From Phycisphaera mikurensis NBRC 102666 (GTDB taxonomy: Bacteria > Planctomycetota > Phycisphaerae > Phycisphaerales > Phycisphaeraceae): 32,000 bases of DNA. How positions within the stretch are numbered: position 1 is the first letter of the stretch; each line of letters starts with the position of its first letter. Below, piece by piece: positions 15,495-22,663 of the stretch. Made by a program: the position numbers and the translations under genes. Below the pieces are notes generated by a model. It ran no database searches and was not told the origin of the DNA. It was given only the letters and a program-made list of their open reading frames with translations. The stretch covers positions 540,001-572,000 of the forward strand of contig NC_017080.1 of the NCBI RefSeq assembly GCF_000284115.1, given 5' to 3'.

Positions 15495-16796
15495 ATGACG
15501 GCGAACCCTGTGAACGTGGCGGCCTCGACCGACCGCCGGCACTTCCCCCGGTGGTCGACGGCGGGTCTGGAGTCGGCGCTGGGCCGCGTGACCGACCTCT
15601 CGCTCTCGGGCATGCGGATCCGCAAGACGGGCAACCCCGGCCTGCGGGAAGGCGACCGGTTCCGGCTGGAGGTCCGCCACGAGGAGACCGTCTTCCTGCT
15701 CCCCGCCCAGCTGGCGTCGGTGCGGCCGCACGCCGGCGGCGGCGGGGGCGGGATGGTCGACCTGGGCATCCGCTTCCCCGAGATGACCAAGGCGCAGAAG
15801 CGGACGGTCAAGCGGATGCTGGAGGCCGCGGGCTGGCCCGACGGCGGCGGCGAGATCCTCTTCAAGGCGCTGCCCGAGGACGGGGACGAAGACGCGGCCC
15901 TCGCCGCCCCCGCCGCGCCCGCCGCCCCCGCTGTTCAGGAGGCGCCCCCGCCGGTCCCGCCCCCCGTGGCCGCGGTGCCGCGGCCCGCACCGGCGACGGC
16001 CGCGCCCGAGCCCCCGACGGCACCCGAGCCCGCCGAGCCCGACGCATCGATGCCCGAACTCGCCTTCTCTCCGCTCCCGCTGCCCGGGCTCGGCGAGAGC
16101 GAGGCGGAGCCTGCGGCCCCGGAGAGCCCGCTGCCCGGCCTCGCCAGCTGGAGCCAGCTGACCGAGGCCGCCGACGGCACGCTCACCGCGGCCGAAGCCG
16201 CCGCCGCGGCGAGAGCCGAGACCGACCCGGCGCCGCCCACCGAGCCGGTCGCCGCGCCCCCGGCGGCCGGAGGCGGCCTCTCCGCGGAGGAGGCCCAGGA
16301 GATCGCCGCCCTCGGCGCCGGCGCGGCGGGCCTCGCCGACCTCGCCGGCGCGGCTGCCGCCCCCTCCGCGTCGCCCACGCCCGCGGCCGGCGTTCCCAAC
16401 AACCACTTCCAGGCTCAACCCGTCGACAGCGGCCTCCGCCACCTGCCCGCCAGCGGTCTCGAAGGCTCGGCACCCCGCCAGCAGAACCAGCGAAAGAACG
16501 GCCGCCTCGCCGCGCAGGACGCCCACACCGCCCTGGGGGAGGTCCTGGACATCTCCGCCTCGGGCATGCGGATCCGCCGCCGCGGCACCAAGCCGGTGGA
16601 GGTGGGCTCGCACTTCCTGCTCGACCTTTACGTGTGCGGCCGCGCCGTCCGCCTCCCGGTGGAGGTGGTTCGGATCATGAAGTCCGGGTGGCGGAGCTAC
16701 GACTACGGGCTCCGCTTCGGCGAGCTGCCGCCGGAGATGCGGGCCCAGTTCGGCATGCTCGCCCGCATGGCCGCCAAGCACGTCAGCATCGCGTAG
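15495..16796 (+). CDS. Dual PilZ-domain protein (predicted c-di-GMP receptor) with ~220-aa Pro/Ala/Glu-rich linker
   Basis: Same frame as track ORF 14424..16796; start at ATG 15495. N-terminal domain has RHFPR (RxxxR) ... DLSLSGMRI (DxSxxG). C-terminal domain has RKNGR ... DISASGMRI. Both domains are followed by a beta-rich core (RFRLEV.../HFLLDLYV...) and then IRFPEM/LRFGEL. Confidence 0.75.
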   Translation: MTANPVNVAASTDRRHFPRWSTAGLESALGRVTDLSLSGMRIRKTGNPGLREGDRFRLEVRHEETVFLLPAQLASVRPHAGGGGGGMVDLGIRFPEMTKAQKRTVKRMLEAAGWPDGGGEILFKALPEDGDEDAALAAPAAPAAPAVQEAPPPVPPPVAAVPRPAPATAAPEPPTAPEPAEPDASMPELAFSPLPLPGLGESEAEPAAPESPLPGLASWSQLTEAADGTLTAAEAAAAARAETDPAPPTEPVAAPPAAGGGLSAEEAQEIAALGAGAAGLADLAGAAAAPSASPTPAAGVPNNHFQAQPVDSGLRHLPASGLEGSAPRQQNQRKNGRLAAQDAHTALGEVLDISASGMRIRRRGTKPVEVGSHFLLDLYVCGRAVRLPVEVVRIMKSGWRSYDYGLRFGELPPEMRAQFGMLARMAAKHVSIA

Positions 16797-16903
16797 AGCC
16801 CCGCTTCGCGGGTGGACGTCCGCACCGCTCCGCTCGCTCTCGTTTCGCGTCTGCGTCTCCAAGATCGACCCCGCCGCGGGCGGAGCGTTCGTACGCTGAC
16901 GCG

Positions 16904-18463
16904 ATGCTCCTCAAGCCCATCCTGCGGAAACTGCTCAAGCACCCGCGGTCGGTCGCGGTCGTCGACGACCAGCGCAGCTTCTCGCACATCGCCATCGCCG
17001 TCGCGGCGGCCCACGTGAGCAGGGAGATCCTCAAGCGGACCGACAGGCCGCGCGTCGGGATCATGCTGCCCACCGGCGGCGGCTTCCCCATCGCCCTGCT
17101 CGCCTGCTGGATGGCGGGCAAGGTGCCGGTGCCGCTGAACTACCTGCTCGAGCGCGACGACATGCACCACGTCTTCGACGACGCGGGCGTGGACCTCTTG
17201 CTCACCGCGGGCAAGCTGCTCGACCACGTACGCGAGCACACCTCGGCCGACGCCATCCCCGAGTCGCTCGACCTGCTGACCCTCGAGACCCTGTCCTTCA
17301 AGGGCGTGCCGCCGGTCTGGCCGCTGCTCCGCGGTGCCATCACCGGGAAGGGCGCGGGCGGCAAGCTCCGCCCCGACGACCCCGGCGTGCTGCTCTACAC
17401 CTCCGGCACCAGCGGCAAGCCCAAGGGCGTCGTGCTCACCCACGGCAACCTGCACCACAACGTCACCGCCTGCATCGAGCACGCGGGCCTCAACGAGCGG
17501 ACGATCTTCCTGGGCGTTCTGCCGCAGTTCCACAGCTTCGGGCTCACGGTGCTCACGCTCGTGCCGCTGTTCATGGCCGCCCGCGCCGTCTACACCGCCC
17601 GCTTCGTGCCGCGCCGGCTCGTCGAGCTGATGAAGGAGCACAAGCCCAGCGTGTTCATCGCGGTGCCGTCGATGTGGAACGCGCTGCTGTCGGTCAAGAG
17701 CGCCGGCCCCGGCGACTTCGACTCGCTGCGCTACGGCATCGCCGGCGGCGAGAAGCTGCCCGCCGCGGTCCGCGACCGGGTGCAGGACCGCTTCGGCGTG
17801 AAGCTGATGGAGGGCTATGGCCTCACCGAGACCAGCCCAGTGAGCAACTGGAGCACGCACGAGTGCTACCGCGAGGGCTCGGTCGGTTGCGCTCTGCCGG
17901 GCGTGGGCAACTGGATCCTCGACGAAGCCGGCGAGCCGCTGCCCGTCGGGGAGGAGGGCGAGATCGGCCTCTCCGGACCGAGCATCATGCAGGGCTACTT
18001 CAACCTGCCCGAGCTCACCGCGCAGGCGATGACGCGGGTGACCGGGCCCGACGGGCAGGAGGTCCGCGTGTTCAAGACCGGCGACATCGGGAAGATCGAC
18101 GCCGACGGCTTCCTCTTCATCACCGGCCGGAAGAAGGAGATGCTCATCGTCGGGGGCGAGAACGTCTTCCCCCGCGAGATCGAGGAGGTGCTCGACGCGC
18201 ACCCCTCGGTCCACGCCTCCGCCGTCATCGGCCGGCAGGACGACAGCCGCGGCGAGGTGCCCGTCGCCTTCGTCGAGCTCTGCGATGACCACCCCTTCGA
18301 CGCGAGCGAGGCCCGCACGTACTGCCGCAAGAACCTGGCCCCTTTCAAGGTGCCGCGCGACATCCACGTCGTCGAGAAGCTCCCGCGGAACCCGACCGGC
18401 AAGATCCTCCGGCGGGCGCTGGCCGAGCCGGAAAGGGCCCAGAGCCCCGAGGCGTCGGACTGA
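16904..18463 (+). CDS. AMP-dependent synthetase/ligase, resembling the Aas-type acyl-ACP/acyl-CoA synthetase domain
   Basis: Same frame as track ORF 15551..18463; start at ATG 16904. Adenylate-forming core motifs present: LLYTSGTSGKPKGV, GYGLTETS, FKTGDIG, GRKKEMLIVGGENVFPREIE, PRNPTGKILR. The N-terminal RVGIMLPTGGGFPIALLACWMAGKVPVPLNY resembles Aas-type enzymes. Confidence 0.9.
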   Translation: MLLKPILRKLLKHPRSVAVVDDQRSFSHIAIAVAAAHVSREILKRTDRPRVGIMLPTGGGFPIALLACWMAGKVPVPLNYLLERDDMHHVFDDAGVDLLLTAGKLLDHVREHTSADAIPESLDLLTLETLSFKGVPPVWPLLRGAITGKGAGGKLRPDDPGVLLYTSGTSGKPKGVVLTHGNLHHNVTACIEHAGLNERTIFLGVLPQFHSFGLTVLTLVPLFMAARAVYTARFVPRRLVELMKEHKPSVFIAVPSMWNALLSVKSAGPGDFDSLRYGIAGGEKLPAAVRDRVQDRFGVKLMEGYGLTETSPVSNWSTHECYREGSVGCALPGVGNWILDEAGEPLPVGEEGEIGLSGPSIMQGYFNLPELTAQAMTRVTGPDGQEVRVFKTGDIGKIDADGFLFITGRKKEMLIVGGENVFPREIEEVLDAHPSVHASAVIGRQDDSRGEVPVAFVELCDDHPFDASEARTYCRKNLAPFKVPRDIHVVEKLPRNPTGKILRRALAEPERAQSPEASD

Positions 18464-18488
18464 TCCCGCGACGCCGAGCCGCTCCCGC

Positions 18489-19127
18489 ATGCCCCTCCTC
18501 CACCGCTTCCTCGAGACACAGGCCCTCCGAAACGACCGCTTCACCGGCCTGTGGCGGAAGCGCTGCCGGCCGGACAGCGTCGCCTACGCCGCCTGGCTCC
18601 GCGCGCACGGCGGCCTGCACGCGATGGGCCCCGACTGCCTGATCAACTTCGACGTCACGATCACCGACCCGGCCTACACGCGGCTGGGCCGCGGCGTGTG
18701 CCTCGCCACCTGCTCGCTGATCGGCCACGACGCCTCGGTCGCGGTGCTCAACCCCGCGTACGGCGTCAAGCTCGACGCCGTCGGCAAGATCGACGTCGGC
18801 GACCACGTCTTCATCGGCCACCAGGCGATCGTGCTCGCCGGCGTGACGATCGGCGAGCGGTCGATCGTGGCGGCGGGCGCCGTCGTCAGCAAGGACGTGC
18901 CCGCCGGCAGCATCGTCGGCGGCGTCCCGGCGAGAGTCATCGGGCAGACCGACGAGCTCGTCGAGAAGCTGAAGGCGAAGACCGCGGAGCTGCCGTGGGC
19001 GGACCTGATCGCCAAGCGCGAGGGTGGCTTCGACCCGGCGATGGAGCCCGAGCTGGTGCGGAGGCGGGTGGCGCATTTTTTCGCTCCGCGGGCTGCGCCC
19101 GCGGCGCGGGACGAGCGACGGGACTGA
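18489..19127 (+). CDS. Hexapeptide-repeat (left-handed beta-helix) acyl/acetyltransferase
   Basis: Same frame as track ORF 18285..19127. ATG 18489 is 25 nt after the ligase stop. Hexapeptide turns present: IDVGDHVFIGHQAIVLAGVTIGERSIVAAGAVVSKDVPAGSIVGGVPARVIG. Confidence 0.75.
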   Translation: MPLLHRFLETQALRNDRFTGLWRKRCRPDSVAYAAWLRAHGGLHAMGPDCLINFDVTITDPAYTRLGRGVCLATCSLIGHDASVAVLNPAYGVKLDAVGKIDVGDHVFIGHQAIVLAGVTIGERSIVAAGAVVSKDVPAGSIVGGVPARVIGQTDELVEKLKAKTAELPWADLIAKREGGFDPAMEPELVRRRVAHFFAPRAAPAARDERRD

Positions 19128-19332
19128 TCGGGCTTCGGCCGGCGAAGCCGGCCGGCGCGGCGACTCCGTCGGCTTCTTCGCAGCGGCAGCGCCGAGCAGC
19201 GGCGGGACTTGGCTTCGCGGGTTGCTGCCTCTCCGCACGCCGCGGGGAAGGAACCCGGCGTGCACGCAGCGGCGGCTCTGCCGACGCGGAGGCGCAGACC
19301 GTCCACCGAGAGCGAGCGCAGCGACGCGAAGG

Positions 19333-20886
19333 TCAACCCGCCGCAGGCGGAAGCAGATCGCAGATCTGCGACAGATCCTCCACCATCGCCCGCTCCATGT
19401 CTTCGCCGGCCTGCGGCGTGTAGGCCCGCAGGATCGCCGAGGGGTGGTAGGTCGCCAGCGTGTGCGGGGCCCAGCGGGTGCGGCTGACCTCGCCGTGCTG
19501 CTTCGTGATCTTGAAGCCGGTGCCGAAGAGGGCGCGGGCGGCGGTCGCGCCCAGCGCGACCACCACGGTCGGCTTGATGGTGTCCAGCTCGGCCTCGAGC
19601 CAGGGCATGCACGCGGTGATCTCGCGAGCGGCCGGTTTGGCGTGGATCCGCCGCTTCCCGCGGGGCTCGAATTTGAAGTGCTTCACCGCGTTGGTGACGT
19701 AGACCGTCGAGCGGTCCACGCCCGCCCGCTCCAGGATCCCGTCGAGCTTCTGCCCGGCGGGGCCGATGAACGGCTCGCCCTGCAGGTCCTCGTTGTCGCC
19801 GGGCTGCTCGCCCACGAGCACGACCTTCGCGTTCTGCGGGCCGACGCCGAAGACCGTCTGCGTGGCGGGGCTGAAGAGCGGACAGCCGCGGCAGCCTCTC
19901 GCCGCCTCGGCGAGCACGTCCAGCGATCGCTCCTCCGGCACGAAGGGCGCGGCGGAGTTCGCGGTGGGCTCATGCGGAGCCGGTTCATCGCCGCCGAAAA
20001 GACTGCCGGAGGGTGCGGTCATCGCGGGATCGGTAGGAGGGAGCGGGCCGATCGGCTCGCGCGTGGCCCCGAGGCTGCTCTTGCGGAAGGCCTCGAGCCG
20101 CTCGGGCACCTCGGCGAGCATGTCGGGGATCTGCCTCGTCTCCGGCAGCGTCGCCCAGTGCTTCAGCGGCATCTCCGCCCGCATCGCTCTGAGCATCACC
20201 CGCGCCGGGTTGAACACGCTGCGGTAGTAGGCGAGCCAGGCCGCCTCGAAGCCGTCGCCGTCGCCGGACGTCGCCTCGGCGACCTCCTCGTCGGTGAGGC
20301 CCGGCTTGAAGTCGAGCTCCCGCGTGTCCCAGTGCACGCAGTCGTCCGGCGTCAGGATCGACCATCGCATCGCCGGGAACCGCTTCCTGAAGAAGCCGCT
20401 CTCGCGTCGCACGATGAGGTGATCCGGCCGGTGGAAGGCCACGTAACGCGGCTCGTCGAAGCCCGGCTCGGGCACCTCCCGGAAGCGCACGAACGCGTGC
20501 ATCTTGTGGGCGTCCCGGCGGATCGCCTTCTCCATCACGCGGGCCGCCCGCACGTCGTCGTCGGCGTGGTCCTCGAGCAGCGTCGCGCCCTCCCGCGAGA
20601 GCCGGAAGAGCAGCCGGTAGAGCAGCGGCCACTTCGCCGGGTCCCGGTGGCACGCCACGGTCTCCCCGAGCGGGAGGAAGGCCCGTGCCACCCGCGGACC
20701 GTCGGCGTTTCCGGCCGTGGGGGCCGACGGTCCGCGGCTCGGTTCAGGCGGTCCGAACAGGGGGTCCGCTTCGCTGAGCCGCAGGTCGTGCCAGGCGATC
20801 GAGGCGGGCGTCTCCCCCGCCGTCAGCGCCGCCCGGGCGTGCCCACGCCAAGCCGCCCAGCTCCCATCGAAGGCGATCGTCCGCAC
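19333..20886 (-). CDS. DUF4130-domain / UdgX-like family-4 uracil-DNA glycosylase fusion protein
   Basis: ORF track 19333..20886 (GTG start). N-terminal half has DUF4130-like blocks: FDGSWAAWRGHARAAL..., HKMHAFVRFRE, YVAFHRPDHLIVRRESGFFRKRFPAMRWSILTPD. C-terminal half has CRGCPL, VVLVGEQPGDNEDLQGEPFIGPAGQ (motif A, GEQPG), NAVKHFKFEPRGKRRIH and HPSAILR (motif B). Confidence 0.8.
   Translation of the reverse strand: MRTIAFDGSWAAWRGHARAALTAGETPASIAWHDLRLSEADPLFGPPEPSRGPSAPTAGNADGPRVARAFLPLGETVACHRDPAKWPLLYRLLFRLSREGATLLEDHADDDVRAARVMEKAIRRDAHKMHAFVRFREVPEPGFDEPRYVAFHRPDHLIVRRESGFFRKRFPAMRWSILTPDDCVHWDTRELDFKPGLTDEEVAEATSGDGDGFEAAWLAYYRSVFNPARVMLRAMRAEMPLKHWATLPETRQIPDMLAEVPERLEAFRKSSLGATREPIGPLPPTDPAMTAPSGSLFGGDEPAPHEPTANSAAPFVPEERSLDVLAEAARGCRGCPLFSPATQTVFGVGPQNAKVVLVGEQPGDNEDLQGEPFIGPAGQKLDGILERAGVDRSTVYVTNAVKHFKFEPRGKRRIHAKPAAREITACMPWLEAELDTIKPTVVVALGATAARALFGTGFKITKQHGEVSRTRWAPHTLATYHPSAILRAYTPQAGEDMERAMVEDLSQICDLLPPAAG
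20692..20737. repeat. GC hairpin element: CCGCGGACCGTCGGC-N16-GCCGACGGTCCGCGG (family copy C, inside the DUF4130-UdgX CDS)
   Basis: Perfect 15-bp arms at 20692..20706 and 20723..20737. On the coding (minus) strand the element is in frame and encodes residues ~50-65, SRGPSAPTAGNADGPR. Confidence 0.75.
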
Positions 20887-20951
20887 GGGCGACGCTAGCG
20901 CGCGCCGTAGGAAGACGCGGCATCGCCCGCCGCCTCCGTACGATCCCGCGC

Positions 20952-21851
20952 ATGAACCCCCAGCGCATCCGCGTCGCCAGCTGCCAGTACTTCATCCGGC
21001 CGGTCGAACGCTTCGAGCAGTTCGAGGCCCAGGTGGAGGGGCTCGTCGACACGGCGGCGGATTACGGCGTGAAGCTGCTGGTCTTCCCCGAGTACTTCAC
21101 CTGCCAGCTGCTGACCACGCTGGGCACGCGCGACAAGCCGATCGACCGTCAGGTGCGCCACCTCGCCGAGCTGGAGGGCCGCATCGTGGAGATGTTCCAG
21201 CGGCTCGCGAAGAAGAGCGGCATGTACATCGTCGGCGGCACGCTGCCCGCGGTCGACCCGCCCGACCTGGAGACGCTCTACAACGAGTGCTACCTCTACG
21301 CCCCCAGCGGCGAGTGGGAGGTGCAGGGCAAGATCCACATGACCCGCTTCGAGAAGGAGGAGTGGCGGGTCAGCCCGCACACGACCTACCGCGTTTTCGA
21401 CACCGAGCTGGGCAGGATCGCGATCAACATCTGCTACGACGTCGAGTTCCCCGAGCTCGCCCGCGCGGCGGCGCTGCGGGGTGCGAACATCCTGGTCGTT
21501 CCCTCGTGCACGGACGAGCGGCAGGGCTTCCTCCGCGTCCGCTACTGCGCCGCGGCGCGGGCCATCGAGAACCAGATGTACGTGGTCCACTCCGGCACCG
21601 TCGGCAGCCTCCCGAACATCCCCGCGGTCAGCCTCAACTACGGGCAGGCGAGCATCCTCTCGCCCAGCGACTTCGGCTTCGGCCGCGACGGCGTCATCGC
21701 CGAGGGCGTGCCCAACCAGGAGTCGCTGATCATCGGTGAGGTCGACCTGGCCCTGCTGCAGGAGCGCCGCGACAGCGGCACGGTGCTCCCGCTGGAGGAC
21801 GCCCGCAGCGCCAAGAGCTACCGCGACGCCACGGAGGTGGTGAGCCTTTGA
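20952..21851 (+). CDS. Carbon-nitrogen hydrolase (nitrilase superfamily) protein, probably an amidase
   Basis: ORF track 20952..21851. Glu-Lys-Cys triad contexts present: LLVFPEYF, GKIHMTRFE, INICYDVEFPE. Confidence 0.85.
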   Translation: MNPQRIRVASCQYFIRPVERFEQFEAQVEGLVDTAADYGVKLLVFPEYFTCQLLTTLGTRDKPIDRQVRHLAELEGRIVEMFQRLAKKSGMYIVGGTLPAVDPPDLETLYNECYLYAPSGEWEVQGKIHMTRFEKEEWRVSPHTTYRVFDTELGRIAINICYDVEFPELARAAALRGANILVVPSCTDERQGFLRVRYCAAARAIENQMYVVHSGTVGSLPNIPAVSLNYGQASILSPSDFGFGRDGVIAEGVPNQESLIIGEVDLALLQERRDSGTVLPLEDARSAKSYRDATEVVSL

Positions 21852-22585
21852 ACGCGGAGAGTCCCATCGGTCCGGGGGGAACCGACGGGTCGCGGACCAG
21901 CGGGGAGGTCATCGAGGTGCTCCCGGCTCAGGCTCAGGCTCCGGCGGCTGGCCCGGGCCTGCGGGTGCGGCACACCGCCGTCCGCGACTTCCCCCGGATC
22001 CGCGAGATCTGCCACGCCTGCTACCCCGCCGCGAAGCCGTGGAGCCCGGGCACGCTCATGCAGCACCTGGAGATCTTCGCCCGCGGCCAGCTCGTCGTGG
22101 TGGACGCCGCAACCGACCGCGTCGTCGGCAGCGCCAGCAGCCTCGTGGTCCATTGGAGCGACTACGGCACCGGTCACACCTGGAACCAGATCACCGGCGA
22201 CGGCACCTTCCGCACGCACGACAGCACCGGCACCACGCTCTACGGAGCGGACGTCATCGTCGACCCCGCCGCCCAGGGCCGCGGCGTCGGGAAGCTGCTT
22301 TACGCCGCCCGACGCCAGGTCGCCGCCGACCTGAACCTCAGCCGCATCCGCGCGATGGCCCGCCTGCAGGGCTACCACCTCGTCGCCGACCGCATGACCC
22401 CCGCGGAGTACGCCGCGGGCATCGCCGAAGGCCGCTGGACCGACCCCACCGTCAGCTTCCAGGTCAAGCAGGGCTTCCGGCTGCTGAAGGTCGCCAGCGG
22501 CTACATGAGCGACGACGACCGCAGCCAGGGCCACGCCGTCGTCATCGAGTGGCTGAACCCGGCCTACGACGCGCAGCTCGGCTGA
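21848..22585 (+). CDS. GNAT-family N-acetyltransferase
   Basis: ORF track 21848..22585. The TTG start overlaps the nitrilase stop (TTGA); in-frame GTGs at 21917 and 21965 are alternatives. Acetyl-CoA-binding motif VDPAAQGRGVGKLLY (Q/R-x-x-G-x-G/A) present. Confidence 0.7.
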   Translation: MNAESPIGPGGTDGSRTSGEVIEVLPAQAQAPAAGPGLRVRHTAVRDFPRIREICHACYPAAKPWSPGTLMQHLEIFARGQLVVVDAATDRVVGSASSLVVHWSDYGTGHTWNQITGDGTFRTHDSTGTTLYGADVIVDPAAQGRGVGKLLYAARRQVAADLNLSRIRAMARLQGYHLVADRMTPAEYAAGIAEGRWTDPTVSFQVKQGFRLLKVASGYMSDDDRSQGHAVVIEWLNPAYDAQLG

Positions 22586-22663
22586 GCCGCCGCGTCGGGG
22601 GTCCCGCGCCCCGCCCGAACCGGCCGCGTCGCCCGCGCCCGCGTCGCTGGGTACCCCCCGCCC

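Noticed and set aside
14424-16796. 790-aa ORF (and 15551..18463, 970 aa; 2864..7180, 1438 aa; 7217..9400, 727 aa) taken at full length
   Set aside because: Their 5' portions are run-on frames across upstream genes or repeats, with low-complexity Arg/Gly/Pro composition. Internal ATGs give family-typical N-termini (PilZ motif, AMP-ligase N-terminus, signal peptide, PhyH start), so the CDSs were trimmed.
19131-19149. Hairpin ggcttc-ggccggc-gaagcc just after the acyltransferase stop as an intrinsic terminator
   Set aside because: It has only a 6-bp stem, no U-tract, and many equally good GC hairpins exist by chance at this GC content. It was not reported as a feature.
19368-19379. Perfect 12-bp palindrome CGCAGATCTGCG near the 3' end of the DUF4130-UdgX gene
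   Set aside because: It lies inside coding sequence (…SQICDL…), is short and isolated, and has no paired copy. It is most likely coincidental.
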